DNA of 64,000 bases, taken from contig CBDBMS010000003.1 in the NCBI GenBank assembly GCA_965207545.1, positions 216,634 to 280,633 of the forward strand, written 5' to 3'. How positions within the stretch are numbered: position 1 is the stretch's first letter; the number at the start of each line of letters is the position of its first letter. Below are positions 25,970 to 36,613 of this stretch, in pieces. This DNA is from Gammaproteobacteria bacterium (GTDB lineage Bacteria > Pseudomonadota > Gammaproteobacteria > Tethybacterales > CBDBMS01). The translations under genes were made by a program, and so were the position numbers. The notes under the pieces were generated by a model that was not told where the DNA came from, did not search any database, and saw nothing but the letters and a program-made list of their open reading frames with translations.

Positions 25970-27705
25970 TCATTGATCTCAAGGAGAAGCCTCGCGTCCG
26001 GCTGTGGAGATCATGGCGGGTGGCGTTGCTGGTTAATGCGATTCTGCTTTCGTTCGGATGTCTGCTTGCCGGTGCGGTCGCATTGCAGCTGTATCAGGAG
26101 CAGTTTCTTGAGAAGGAGCGGAACAAGCGCTATGAAAGGGTGATCAGGACCCAGGGCGAGCGTGGCGTCATTTGGGACCGGACCGGCCGCCCGCTGGCTG
26201 CAAGCGCACCGGTCTTTTCGATTCATGTCAACCCCGTAGCGTTCCGCGAGTGGGCGGAGAAGCGTACCGCTGACGGCGGCGAGACGGCGATCGCCGAACT
26301 GGCCCGCGAACTCGGCAAGCCGGCTGGCGAGCTGCTCCGCGTGCTTTCGCAGGACCGCCGTTTCGCCTATCTCAGGCATCATCTGTCGCCGGAGGAGGCG
26401 GAGAGTGTCCGTGAACTTCGGATTGGCGGGATTGGCATGGAGCAGAAGTTCACCCGCTTCTATCCAAGCGACTACCTGGCCGCCCAAGTGGTCGGGTTCA
26501 CCAACTACAAGAACGAGGGCGCCGAAGGCATCGAGCGGTCGCGGGACCGGGTGCTGCGCCAGGCGAGCGGCCAGAGAAGGGTTTTGCGCACGGCAAGACA
26601 GGAAGTGCTTGAGGAGTTCGACCATTCGCCCCCGATCGATGGAAACGACATTGACCTGACCATGGACTTGCGTTTGCAGTTCCTCGCCTATCTTGCCTTG
26701 GAGAAGGCGGTGAGTCATCATCAGGCCAAGTCGGGAAGCGTTGTCCTGCTTGACGCGCTCGACGGCAGCATCATTGCGATGGCGAGCTATCCGACCTACA
26801 ACCCAAACACGCGGACAGGCGATCCGTCATCCCGCCGCAGCCGGGCGCTGCAGGACGTTTTCGAGCCCGGTTCGACCATGAAGCCCCTGGTTGCCGCGAT
26901 GGCGATTGAGCATGGGCTGGTGACCCCATCGACGGTTCTTCCGACATCCAAGCCGTTGCGCTACGGCAAGTACGTCATTGATGACGAGAAGATCCGAGAG
27001 GACCTTACGGTGGCGGACACGATCATGCGCTCCAGCAACGTTGGCGCGGTCTCGATGGTCGAGATGCTTCCATCCGACCTTTTCTGGCAGACGCTGCACG
27101 ACGATTTCGGTTTCGGGCGCAAGGTCGGCATTGACTTTCCCGGTGCGGCGGCGGGTCTGCTCCGACATCACGAGGACTGGTATCCGGTGGACAAGGCGAC
27201 CCATGCCTATGGCTACGGCCTGTCGATCTCGCTGTTGCATCTGGCGCGCGCTTATCTGGTGTTTGCCAACGACGGATTCATACCGGCGCTTCAGCTGATC
27301 GAGGGCGAGGACATCGGAAAGGAGCGCCGCGTGTTCAGCCGGCAAACGATGGATCAGGTCGTTGCGATGATGGAGCGCGTGGTCACCGGTGAGCGGGGCA
27401 CTGCGCCGAGGGCTGCCGTCCCCGGCTACTTGGTGGCGGGAAAGACCGGCACCACCTACAAGAACCGCAACGGCCAGTACAGCGACAAGGGCTATCAGTC
27501 GCTTTTCGTCGGCCTTGCTCCGGCAAGCGATCCGCGGTTTGTTGCCGCGGTTTTCATTGATGAGCCGACCAGGAACGGTTACTACGGCGGCACGGTGGCG
27601 GCTCCTGTATTTAGCGAGCTGATGGAGCATGCTCTCCGCCTCTATGCAGTCGACAGCGATGCGCCACTCGCCGAAGTCGAGGTGGCTTCGGCCAAGGGAA
27701 ACTGA
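25966..27705 (+). CDS. ftsI: Penicillin-binding protein 3
   Basis: RG.I.DR, EPGSTMK (SxxK), SSNVG and GKTGT motifs. Confidence 0.96.
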   Translation: MIIDLKEKPRVRLWRSWRVALLVNAILLSFGCLLAGAVALQLYQEQFLEKERNKRYERVIRTQGERGVIWDRTGRPLAASAPVFSIHVNPVAFREWAEKRTADGGETAIAELARELGKPAGELLRVLSQDRRFAYLRHHLSPEEAESVRELRIGGIGMEQKFTRFYPSDYLAAQVVGFTNYKNEGAEGIERSRDRVLRQASGQRRVLRTARQEVLEEFDHSPPIDGNDIDLTMDLRLQFLAYLALEKAVSHHQAKSGSVVLLDALDGSIIAMASYPTYNPNTRTGDPSSRRSRALQDVFEPGSTMKPLVAAMAIEHGLVTPSTVLPTSKPLRYGKYVIDDEKIREDLTVADTIMRSSNVGAVSMVEMLPSDLFWQTLHDDFGFGRKVGIDFPGAAAGLLRHHEDWYPVDKATHAYGYGLSISLLHLARAYLVFANDGFIPALQLIEGEDIGKERRVFSRQTMDQVVAMMERVVTGERGTAPRAAVPGYLVAGKTGTTYKNRNGQYSDKGYQSLFVGLAPASDPRFVAAVFIDEPTRNGYYGGTVAAPVFSELMEHALRLYAVDSDAPLAEVEVASAKGN

Positions 27706-27711
27706 CGTGAC

Positions 27712-29175
27712 ATGCCTGGAACCGAAGATGGAATCGAGCTTGCGCGGATCGAGAGTGAACTCGGCATGCAGATAGTCTCACTCTCGTGCGACTCGCGCCT
27801 GACACAGCCGGGTGACGTGTTTCTCGCCTACCCGGGTGCGGACTCGGACGGCCGCAGGCACGCCGGAGAGGCGGTCCGGGCAGGTGCAGCAGCTGTTCTG
27901 TGGGATCCTGACGGTGCAGACGGAAATCCGGACTGGGGCGTGCCCAGCCTGCCGCTACCCGGCCTCAGGAAAAACTCAGGGCATCTGGCCGCCGCAGTCT
28001 GTGGCGACCCAACCCGGGACATGCGCATCATTGCGGTCACCGGAACCAACGGCAAGACCACCACCGCCTGGTTCACCGCCATGCTTCTGGCCAATCTTAC
28101 GGACAGCGACGTTGGATACTTCGGCACGGCCGGGCAGGGGGTGATGGGTGCGCTGGAGCCGTCGTCGCTAACGACACCGGATGCCATCTCGCTGCAGAAA
28201 GGCTTCCGGCGTTTGGCAGACCGGGGAATCCGGCATGCTGTCATCGAGGCGTCTTCGCACGGCATATGCCAGCACCGGTTGGAGGGAACCGCCTACGACG
28301 TGGCCGTGTTCACCAATCTTAGCCGTGACCATTTGGACTATCACGGAACACAGGAGGAATACGCCCGTTCCAAGGAGATGTTGTTTGAGCGTGATGGGCT
28401 TGAGGCGGCCATTGTCAATGCCGATGACCAGTTCGGCAGGGCGCTTGCTGAACGTCTTGACGGCAAGGTCATTCTTGGAACCTATGGGTGCGAAGGGTCG
28501 AGAGTCCGCCTGCTTCGGATTGGATACGGTCAGGGCCGGATGTGTGTTGGCGCCGAGCTTGACGGAAGGGAACACGAATGGAGCATGGGGATCTGTGGTG
28601 CGCACAATGCGCACAATGCGGCTGCAGCCATGCTCGCTGTGCGGCTGTGCGGCTTTCGCTGGGGGGAAGTGCTTCCAGCCATGGAACGGCTGGAGCTGCC
28701 CCCTGGGCGTCTCCAACGTGTCACTTCCAAGGCGGCGGGACCGGCGGTCTATGTCGACTATGCCCATACGCCATATGCGTTGGAACAGGCGCTTTCGGGT
28801 CTGCGCAGCATGCACCCTTCCGCACGGATCATGTGCGTGTTTGGATGCGGAGGCGACCGGGACCAAGGCAAGCGATCCGAAATGGGCCGTGTTGCACGGG
28901 ATTGTGCGGACCGGGTCTGCATAACCTCCGACAATCCCAGAACGGAGGATCCCGCTTCGATCATGCGTTCGGTCCGGGAAGGGGCCGGAGACGGCGCACT
29001 CATGGTTGAGGACCGGGCGCAGGCGATCTTTGCCGCGGTTAGGGAGTCCGCTTCGGGGGACGTGGTGCTTGTGGCCGGCAAGGGACACGAGAGGTTCCAG
29101 CTGGTCGGTGACCGGAGACTGCCGTTCGACGACGTTGCGGTTGCCGAAGCGGCTCTTGCGGAGGCGGGAACGTGA
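27712..29175 (+). CDS. murE: UDP-MurNAc-dipeptide--DAP ligase
   Basis: VTGTNGKTT, DYAHTP, FGCGGDRD, SDNPR (mDAP specificity) and AGKGHE motifs. Confidence 0.96.
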   Translation: MPGTEDGIELARIESELGMQIVSLSCDSRLTQPGDVFLAYPGADSDGRRHAGEAVRAGAAAVLWDPDGADGNPDWGVPSLPLPGLRKNSGHLAAAVCGDPTRDMRIIAVTGTNGKTTTAWFTAMLLANLTDSDVGYFGTAGQGVMGALEPSSLTTPDAISLQKGFRRLADRGIRHAVIEASSHGICQHRLEGTAYDVAVFTNLSRDHLDYHGTQEEYARSKEMLFERDGLEAAIVNADDQFGRALAERLDGKVILGTYGCEGSRVRLLRIGYGQGRMCVGAELDGREHEWSMGICGAHNAHNAAAAMLAVRLCGFRWGEVLPAMERLELPPGRLQRVTSKAAGPAVYVDYAHTPYALEQALSGLRSMHPSARIMCVFGCGGDRDQGKRSEMGRVARDCADRVCITSDNPRTEDPASIMRSVREGAGDGALMVEDRAQAIFAAVRESASGDVVLVAGKGHERFQLVGDRRLPFDDVAVAEAALAEAGT

Positions 29176-30527
29176 TGCCGCTTGATTTCGTCATTGACAG
29201 CACCGGCGGATGTCTGGCGCCTGGCGTGCCGCCGCCTGCGGAGGTGTCTGGCGTGTCGATCGACACGCGCCGGCTGAAAGCCGGCGAACTGTTTGTTGCG
29301 CTTCCAGGGACGCGTTCCGACGGACACGCCCATCTTGCTGATGCCGCCGGCCGCGGAGCCGGAGCCGCGGTGGTTGAGCGCCTGGATGGCGATCACGGAG
29401 GACTGCCTCTTGTACAGGTTGCGGACTGCGCAACGGCGCTCGCGGCGATGGGCGCGGCATGGCGGCGCAGGTTCGACCTGAAGGTGGCTGCCGTCACCGG
29501 ATCGAACGGGAAGACGACCGTCAAGGGGATGATACTCTCGGTGATGCGCGCCGAACTCGGCGCAGATGCGGTTTGCGGAACCGAGGGCAACCTGAACAAC
29601 CATCTGGGCGTTCCGCTGACCCTTCTTGGCATTGGGCCGCATCATTTGTGCGCAGTGGTTGAGATGGGCATGAGCGGACCCGGAGAGATCGCCTCGCTGT
29701 GCTCGATGGCGGCGCCCAGCGTGGCGATCGTCAACAACGCGCAGCGCGGACATGTCGGTTCCGTCGTTGGCGGACTCGAGGGCGTTGCATGCTGCAAGGG
29801 GGAGATCGTGCAGGGAGTCTCTTCCGATGGCGCCGTTGTGCTCAACATGGACGATCCGTTCTTCGGGATGTGGAGCGACATGGCCGCCGGCCGCCGCATC
29901 CTGGGTTTTTCGGCCAGTCGCACTGACGCATTTGCCAGGCTGGAGGCGAAGGGTGGACGGACACTGATCGCTGTTGGCGATCTCCAGCCGTTCGAGGTCG
30001 AGTTGAAGGTGTGGGGACAGCACAACCGCATGAATGCGCTTGCCGCTTGCTGCGCGGGGTACGCTCTTGGCGCTTCGGGCGAGGCGATTGCCAAGGGGCT
30101 GTCGTCCTTCGAGGGCGTGCCTCGGCGCATGCAGGTGCTCCGGGGAGCCGGAGGGATGACCGTCATCGACGACACCTACAATGCAAATCCTGACTCCGCA
30201 ATTGCGGCAGTCCGTGCGCTTGCGGAACGGCCGGAGCGCCGCAAGCTGCTGGTCCTTGGCGACATGCTTGAACTCGGCGCCGAGGCTGAGGCTCTTCATG
30301 CGGAGGTGGGCCGCGCAGCGGCCGGACTCGACGGGCTGTTCACTGTCGGCGAGTTCAGCCGTGCGGCTTCTGCCGAATGCGGAGGCATGCACTTTGCGGA
30401 CAAGCCGAGCCTTGCGGAACATGTCGTTTCGCTGGCGTCATCCGACACGGTTGCGCTGGTGAAGGGATCGAGAGGCGCGGCGATGGAGGACGTGGCGGAT
30501 GTTCTGGCGGCGCGGGATGAAGGCTGA
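29172..30527 (+). CDS. murF: UDP-MurNAc-tripeptide--D-Ala-D-Ala ligase
   Basis: VTGSNGKTT, NLNNHLGVP, DTYNANP, GDMLELG and KGSRG motifs. Confidence 0.96.
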   Translation: MMPLDFVIDSTGGCLAPGVPPPAEVSGVSIDTRRLKAGELFVALPGTRSDGHAHLADAAGRGAGAAVVERLDGDHGGLPLVQVADCATALAAMGAAWRRRFDLKVAAVTGSNGKTTVKGMILSVMRAELGADAVCGTEGNLNNHLGVPLTLLGIGPHHLCAVVEMGMSGPGEIASLCSMAAPSVAIVNNAQRGHVGSVVGGLEGVACCKGEIVQGVSSDGAVVLNMDDPFFGMWSDMAAGRRILGFSASRTDAFARLEAKGGRTLIAVGDLQPFEVELKVWGQHNRMNALAACCAGYALGASGEAIAKGLSSFEGVPRRMQVLRGAGGMTVIDDTYNANPDSAIAAVRALAERPERRKLLVLGDMLELGAEAEALHAEVGRAAAGLDGLFTVGEFSRAASAECGGMHFADKPSLAEHVVSLASSDTVALVKGSRGAAMEDVADVLAARDEG

Positions 30528-31612
30528 TGTTGTACCACTTGGCGCTTGAACTCAGGGAGCACTACGGCGTGTTCAATCTGTTCAGCTACGTGACTACCCG
30601 GGCGATGATGGCGACCGTGTTCGCGCTGGCGTTCGGCCTGCTGCTTGGCTCGCGGTTCATCCGTGTGGTGCAGAACTCCGGCAAGGGCCAGCAGGTGCGT
30701 GAAGACGGGCCGCCGAGCCATCTCGTCAAGCGCAACACTCCGACCATGGGCGGTATCGTAATCATCGCCTCGATGCTGCTTTCGTCGCTGCTGTGGAGCA
30801 ATCTTGGCAACATCTACTTCTGGATCTGCTTTGCGGTTGTTCTTCTGTTCGGCTTCATTGGCTTCATTGACGACTACAGCAAGATGTCGCGTGGTTCGTC
30901 CAAGGGCCTCTCGATGCGCAAGAAGCTGGCTCTGCAGAGCATGTTCGCTGTCGGCGTGCTGTCGGTTGCCGCGTTCATGACGCCGCTTAGGGAGCACTAT
31001 CTGCTGTTCATACCCTACTGGAAGGACCTGCTTCTGCCGATCGGCGCGGCCGGGTTCATGGTGCTCGGCTACTTCACTCTTGTCGGCAGTTCGAACGCGG
31101 TCAACCTGACCGACGGTCTGGACGGCTTGGCCATCATGCCGTGCGTGATGATCAGCGGCGGTCTCGGCGTGTTTGCCTACGTGACCGGACATGCGGTTTT
31201 TTCCGAATATCTTGGCATTCCGTTCATAGCCGGTGTCAGCGAACTGGTCATATTCTGCGCCGCGCTCTCCGGAGCGGGCCTCGCTTTCCTCTGGTTCAAC
31301 GCCTATCCGGCCGAGGTGTTCATGGGTGACACCGGCTCGCTGGCGCTCGGCGCCGCTCTTGGCATGGTCGCCGTCATAGTGCGCCAGGAGGTGGTGTTCC
31401 TGATCATGTCGTTCGTCTTCGTCGTCGAGGCCGTATCGGTCATGGTCCAGGTGTTTTCGTTCAAGTTGACCGGCAAGCGTGTGTTCCGCATGGCGCCCCT
31501 GCATCATCACTACGAACTCAAAGGATGGCGGGAAAACCAGGTGGTGGTGCGTTTCTGGATCATCACGTTCGTTCTGCTGCTCGTCGGGCTGTCGGCCCTC
31601 AAGGTGCGATGA
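30527..31612 (+). CDS. mraY: Phospho-MurNAc-pentapeptide transferase
   Basis: TPTMGG, NAVNLTDGLDGL, FMGDTGS and MAPLHHHYE motifs. Confidence 0.97.
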   Translation: MLYHLALELREHYGVFNLFSYVTTRAMMATVFALAFGLLLGSRFIRVVQNSGKGQQVREDGPPSHLVKRNTPTMGGIVIIASMLLSSLLWSNLGNIYFWICFAVVLLFGFIGFIDDYSKMSRGSSKGLSMRKKLALQSMFAVGVLSVAAFMTPLREHYLLFIPYWKDLLLPIGAAGFMVLGYFTLVGSSNAVNLTDGLDGLAIMPCVMISGGLGVFAYVTGHAVFSEYLGIPFIAGVSELVIFCAALSGAGLAFLWFNAYPAEVFMGDTGSLALGAALGMVAVIVRQEVVFLIMSFVFVVEAVSVMVQVFSFKLTGKRVFRMAPLHHHYELKGWRENQVVVRFWIITFVLLLVGLSALKVR

Positions 31613-33000
31613 GCGGGCTTCCGGACGTGCTCGTCGTCGGCCTCGGCATGACCGGCCTGTCGCTTGCGCGTCACTGGGGCGGAAAGGCCGGCACGCTGAA
31701 AGTCATGGATACGCGCGAGGCTCCCCCCTGTCTCGGAACGCTGCTTGACGAGATGCCCGGGGTTGCGTTTGAGCAGGCGCCAATGGAACGGATTGTTGAG
31801 ACTGCGGCGCGGCATGATGTGGTCGCCTTGAGCCCGGGTGTCGCCGCGGTCTCCTTTGCCAACTGTGGAGCCGACGTGGTCGGCGATGTCTCGTGCTTTT
31901 TCGAGGCGCTCCGGCAGTCCGGCCGCGGCTCGCTGCCGCTTCTCGTCGCCGTGACCGGAACCAACGGGAAGAGCACTCTGGTCGGCCTGGCCAACCACAT
32001 TCTCCGCAGCGCCGGCCGCGACAGCGTTGCGATCGGCAACATAGGCGTGCCTGTGCTTGACGCCCTTGCCGGGTGGAAGCGCAGCGACGAGTGGCCCGAG
32101 ATTGCAGTCGTCGAGGTGTCGAGCTTCCAGCTGGAAACCGCAAGAGAGCTCGACACCATGGTCGCCGTGACGCTCAATGTCAGCGAGGATCATCTCGACC
32201 GGCACGGTTCGCTAGCGGAATACGCGATGCTCAAGGAGCGGATCTATGGAGGCGCCCGCGTGGCCGCCATCAACCGGAGCGACATCTTTTGCGCCGCCAT
32301 GAAGCACAGCTGCCCTTCGGAGATCGGCTTTGCCGAACGGGCGGCTGACGCGAAGCACGGTGACTGGCTTGCCGAGGATGCAATGCCCGGTGTGCCGCCG
32401 GTTCTGAGAAGGAACGGTGACCGCTATGAGTTGGCGGAGATCGACAGGGTCTCCTTTCCGCTCGTCAACGTTCTTGCGGCATTGGCGGTGACCGAACCGT
32501 TCGGTCTTGACACCGCTGGCCGGATCCGGGCGATCGGAACCTTCCGGCCGCTTCCGCACCGGATGAGTCATGTCGGCACGGTGGGCGCCGTCACGTTCTA
32601 CGATGATTCAAAGGCGACCAACGTTGACGCCGCCATTGCGGCAATGCGCCGTTTCGATGACGGCCTTTCCGTGATCATCGCCGGTGGCGACGCCAAGTCG
32701 CAGCAATTCAGCCGCCTCGCGCACGCCGCGCACGGACGGACCGCACACTTCGTGCTGCTTGGCGCCGATGCGGACCTGATTGCGCAGGCGCTTGACGAGG
32801 AGGGCGTTCCGAGCGTCCGTGCGCAGGGCATGGAGGAGGCGGTCGCCCGGGCGTTCAGCCTGGCTCCGGATTCCGGCCGTGTGATTCTGACTCCGGCCTG
32901 CTCCAGCCTCGACATGTATTCCGGCTTCGCCGCGCGGGGCGAGGACTTCGCCGGCTCGGTCCGGTCATTGCGCGAAAGCCATGGAGAGTCCAATGCCTAG
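31609..33000 (+). CDS. murD: UDP-MurNAc-L-Ala--D-Glu ligase
   Basis: GLGMTG, SPGV, TGTNGKST, EVSSFQLE and DDSKATN motifs; ATGA overlap with mraY. Confidence 0.95.
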   Translation: MSGLPDVLVVGLGMTGLSLARHWGGKAGTLKVMDTREAPPCLGTLLDEMPGVAFEQAPMERIVETAARHDVVALSPGVAAVSFANCGADVVGDVSCFFEALRQSGRGSLPLLVAVTGTNGKSTLVGLANHILRSAGRDSVAIGNIGVPVLDALAGWKRSDEWPEIAVVEVSSFQLETARELDTMVAVTLNVSEDHLDRHGSLAEYAMLKERIYGGARVAAINRSDIFCAAMKHSCPSEIGFAERAADAKHGDWLAEDAMPGVPPVLRRNGDRYELAEIDRVSFPLVNVLAALAVTEPFGLDTAGRIRAIGTFRPLPHRMSHVGTVGAVTFYDDSKATNVDAAIAAMRRFDDGLSVIIAGGDAKSQQFSRLAHAAHGRTAHFVLLGADADLIAQALDEEGVPSVRAQGMEEAVARAFSLAPDSGRVILTPACSSLDMYSGFAARGEDFAGSVRSLRESHGESNA

Positions 33001-34174
33001 GATCTTTCGGTTCAAGGACTGGGTCCGCCCCGATCTTGCGATGACGGCTTCGGCGGTGATCCTGTTTGCTTTCGGTCTGGTCATGATCCAGTCGTCAACG
33101 GTGACGATGGTTGACGGGGCGTTCCTGACGAGCTATTTCGTGAAGCAGATGGCGATCGGCATCGCCAGCTTCGCGCTTGCCGCGCTTTCCTACCACTATG
33201 TCGGCATGTCGTTCTGGCGGCGGCACTCGCCTCATCTTCTGGTTTTTGGTCTCGCGCTTCTGGCGCTGGTCCATGTGCCCGGCGTCGGCGTTTCGACCAA
33301 GGAAGGGGTGAACCGGTGGCTTGACCTTGGGCTGATGACCTTCCAGCCGGTTGAGGCGGTCAAGCTGTTTCTGATACTTTATCTTTCGGCGTACTGTGCG
33401 CGCCACAACAGCGGCATGCGCCGCCTGAACATCCTGCTGCCTGTTGCGGCCGTGTGCGTGCTTCTCGTGTTTCTTCTGCTGTCGCAGCCGGACTACGGGT
33501 CATCAGTGATCCTGGTGACGATCGCCATGGTGATCGTCTTCATAGCCGGCGCCAGGCTGGCGCACTTCATGCTCGCCGGCACCTTGGCGTGTGTTGTCGC
33601 GGCATTCCTCCTGCTATCGAGCCCCTACCGGCTGGCCCGCCTAGCCGCGTTTCTCAAGCCGTTTGACGATCCGCTCGGAGCCGGCTACCACCAGACGCAC
33701 TCGCTGATGGCGTTCGGCAGCGGAGGCTGGACCGGAACCGGCCTCGGGCTGAGCGTCGAGAAATGGCATCATCTTCCTGAGGCGCACAACGACTTCATCA
33801 TCTCGGTGATCGCCGAGGAGTTCGGTTTCGTTGGCTTTACAGTGGTGCTGTTGCTCTACGTCGTCTATGTTGTGCGCAGCGTGGTGGCCGCCGAGGATGC
33901 GCTTGCCCGCGGCGACCGGTTTTCGCACTACGTCCTGATTGGCATAGCGACCCTGTTCTCGCTACAGGTGTTCATCAACATCGGCGGCAACCTGGCAATA
34001 CTGCCGGCCAAGGGCCTGACCCTGCCGCTTGTCTCCTACGGCGGCAGCAGCCTGCTGGTGAGCATGATCATGGTCAGCATCGCGCTGAGGGCGGTGCGCG
34101 AGCAGACCGTCCCGGAGGAGCTCGGAATCCGCGGGAAGTTCAAGAGGCCGGAGGTGATGCCGTGGATGCGATGA
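32993..34174 (+). CDS. ftsW: SEDS peptidoglycan glycosyltransferase FtsW
   Basis: RWL, FQPVE..K, QPDYG, LPEAHNDFI and GLTLPLVSYGGSS motifs. Confidence 0.95.
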   Translation: MPRIFRFKDWVRPDLAMTASAVILFAFGLVMIQSSTVTMVDGAFLTSYFVKQMAIGIASFALAALSYHYVGMSFWRRHSPHLLVFGLALLALVHVPGVGVSTKEGVNRWLDLGLMTFQPVEAVKLFLILYLSAYCARHNSGMRRLNILLPVAAVCVLLVFLLLSQPDYGSSVILVTIAMVIVFIAGARLAHFMLAGTLACVVAAFLLLSSPYRLARLAAFLKPFDDPLGAGYHQTHSLMAFGSGGWTGTGLGLSVEKWHHLPEAHNDFIISVIAEEFGFVGFTVVLLLYVVYVVRSVVAAEDALARGDRFSHYVLIGIATLFSLQVFINIGGNLAILPAKGLTLPLVSYGGSSLLVSMIMVSIALRAVREQTVPEELGIRGKFKRPEVMPWMR

Positions 34175-35241
34175 CATTCGTCGTCATGGCCGGCGGAACC
34201 GGCGGCCATGTTTTCCCCGGTCTTGCGGTTGCGGACGAGTTGTGCCTGAGAGGACACAAGGTTGCCTGGATGGGCTCGTCTTCCGGCATCGAGGGGCGCG
34301 TAGCCCCCAAGGCGGGATACGACATCTGTGAAATCACCTATTGTTCGCCGCGTGGCCGCGGCCGGATCCGGGCCCTGCTTGACCTGTGGCGTGCAGTCCG
34401 CGAGGCGACCCGTTCGATCCGCCGGCTCCGTCCTTCGCTGCTGATCGGCATGGGCGGCTACATGTCCGTTCCCGGCGGTCTTGCGGGCCGGCGAGCCGGT
34501 GTGCCGCTGGTCATACATGAACAGAACGCGCTTGCCGGCAAGGCCAACCGGCTGCTGGCGCGATTCGCCAAGCGGTCTCTCGTTGGCTATCCGGGATCTT
34601 TCGGAGGCTCCGTCAAGGACGGGACAACGGTGCATGTCGGCAATCCCGTGCGCAAGGGGTTCAGCGAGGCGCCGGAACCGGACGTGCGCATTAAAGGGCG
34701 CAGCGGTCCGCTCAGAATCCTGGTCGTCGGCGGCAGCCAAGGCTCACAGTTCCTTAACGAGCGCATCCCGGAGGTGGTTGCAGAAATGGACGCGGGTGCC
34801 CGGCCCGAAGTGGTCCACCAGTGTGGCGCAGGCAATCGCGGCACGGTGGAGAACGCCTATCTTGAGCGCAGCGTCCAGGCTACGGTCCACGAGTTCATCG
34901 ACGACATGGCTCGTGCAATGGCCGAGGCGGATCTCATGGTGAGCCGCTGTGGAGCAGCGACCTTGGCAGAGATGTCGGCAGTTGGCCTCGGCTCGGTTCT
35001 TGTTCCTTATCCGCATGCGACCGAGCAGCACCAGTTGATGAATGCCCGGCACTTTGAAAACGAAGGTGCCGGCATCGTCGTTGAGCAGAGCGGGTTCGAC
35101 GCCGCAGGCCTGGCTCGTCGCCTGGCCGGGATTGGCCGTGGCGAGACGCTCAGGATGGCGCAGGCAGCCCGCCGCGTCAACCCCGCTGATTCGGCACGGC
35201 GCATCGTGGATCTCTGCGAGGAGGTGGCGCGTGCGGTATAG
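34171..35241 (+). CDS. murG: Lipid II synthase MurG
   Basis: AGGTGGHVFPG, HEQNA, GNPVR, GGSQG and HQ..NA motifs. Confidence 0.96.
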   Translation: MTFVVMAGGTGGHVFPGLAVADELCLRGHKVAWMGSSSGIEGRVAPKAGYDICEITYCSPRGRGRIRALLDLWRAVREATRSIRRLRPSLLIGMGGYMSVPGGLAGRRAGVPLVIHEQNALAGKANRLLARFAKRSLVGYPGSFGGSVKDGTTVHVGNPVRKGFSEAPEPDVRIKGRSGPLRILVVGGSQGSQFLNERIPEVVAEMDAGARPEVVHQCGAGNRGTVENAYLERSVQATVHEFIDDMARAMAEADLMVSRCGAATLAEMSAVGLGSVLVPYPHATEQHQLMNARHFENEGAGIVVEQSGFDAAGLARRLAGIGRGETLRMAQAARRVNPADSARRIVDLCEEVARAV

Positions 35242-36613
35242 GATCAGGAAAATCCACTTTGTCGGCATCGGCGGCGCAGGGATGTCCGGCATCGCCGAGG
35301 TGCTTCGCAACCTCGGCTACAAGATCAGCGGATCCGACGTGACCGAAAGCGTCACCTGCGATCGGCTGCGTAAGCGCGACATTGACGTGCGCATCGGCCA
35401 TGCCGCCGCCAATGTCGACGGAGCCGATGCCGTGGTGTTCTCCAGCGCCGTGCCATCCGGCAATGTGGAGCTGGCCGCCGCACGCCGCCAAGGCATACCG
35501 GTGGTTCCGCGCGTGACGATGCTTGCGGAACTGCTGCGGCTGAGGCAGGGGATCGCGGTCGCCGGCACACACGGCAAGACCACGATCACAAGCATGATCT
35601 CGCACATCCTCAACGAGGCCGGCCTTGACCCCACATTCATCATCGGCGGGCTGCTGCGCCGTATCGGCCGCAACGCCAAGCTGGGCGCCGGCGAGTTCAT
35701 CGTGGTCGAAGCTGACGAGTCGGACGCGTCGTTCCTGAACCTGCACCCGGTGATATCGGTCGTGTCGAACGTCGACAGCGATCACCTGCAGACCTATGGC
35801 CAGGACTTCCAGTGCCTAAAGCGGGCGTTCGTGCGGTTCATGGAGAACCTTCCGTTCTACGGTCTCGCCGTGGTGTGCTTCGATGACGAGCATGCGCGCA
35901 GCTGCGCCTCGATGTGCAGCCGGCGCATCGTCTCCTACGGCATCAGGAGCAGGGATGCTGACTTCCGTGCAACCGACCTGCGTTTCCACAACGGCCACAG
36001 CACCTTTACGATGCACGGTCCGGTGTCAGGCAGGTTCAAGGTGCAGGCTCGCGGCATGCACAATGTGCTCAACACGCTGGCCGCCGTTGCAGTCGCGCAC
36101 GAGATCGGCATTTCCAAGACGCACATAGCGCGGGCGCTGAAGAGCTTCGAGGGCATCGCACGGCGGATCGAGGACCACGGTGAACTGGTTCTTGACGGAA
36201 AGCGGTTTGAACTGGTCGACGACTACGGCCACCATCCGACCGAGATGGAGGCCACCATTGATGCCGTGCGGCGTTCGTGGCCGAAGAAAAGGCTGGTCGT
36301 GGTGTTCCAGCCTCACCGCTACTCCCGCACGCGCGACGTGTTCGAGGGACTCGCCGGAGCGCTGTCGCGCCCGGATGCGCTGGTGCTGATGGAGGTCTAT
36401 CCGGCGGGCGAGGAGCCGATACCCGCCGCCAGCAGCGAAGCGCTCGCAAGGGCGATCCGCATGCGCGGACAGGTCGAGCCGGTCTATGCGAAGACACTCG
36501 ACAAGGTGGTTTGCCATCTTCAGGGCGTACTGCACGATGACGACGTCGTGCTGACCTTGGGTGCCGGATCGGTTGGGCAGATACCGGAAATGATCAAACA
36601 GGCATGTACATGA
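35231..36613 (+). CDS. murC: UDP-MurNAc--L-Ala ligase
   Basis: IHFVGIGGAGMSG, AGTHGKTT, EADESD, DDYGHHPTE and FQPHRYSRT motifs; GTG start at 35231. Confidence 0.96.
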   Translation: MRYRIRKIHFVGIGGAGMSGIAEVLRNLGYKISGSDVTESVTCDRLRKRDIDVRIGHAAANVDGADAVVFSSAVPSGNVELAAARRQGIPVVPRVTMLAELLRLRQGIAVAGTHGKTTITSMISHILNEAGLDPTFIIGGLLRRIGRNAKLGAGEFIVVEADESDASFLNLHPVISVVSNVDSDHLQTYGQDFQCLKRAFVRFMENLPFYGLAVVCFDDEHARSCASMCSRRIVSYGIRSRDADFRATDLRFHNGHSTFTMHGPVSGRFKVQARGMHNVLNTLAAVAVAHEIGISKTHIARALKSFEGIARRIEDHGELVLDGKRFELVDDYGHHPTEMEATIDAVRRSWPKKRLVVVFQPHRYSRTRDVFEGLAGALSRPDALVLMEVYPAGEEPIPAASSEALARAIRMRGQVEPVYAKTLDKVVCHLQGVLHDDDVVLTLGAGSVGQIPEMIKQACT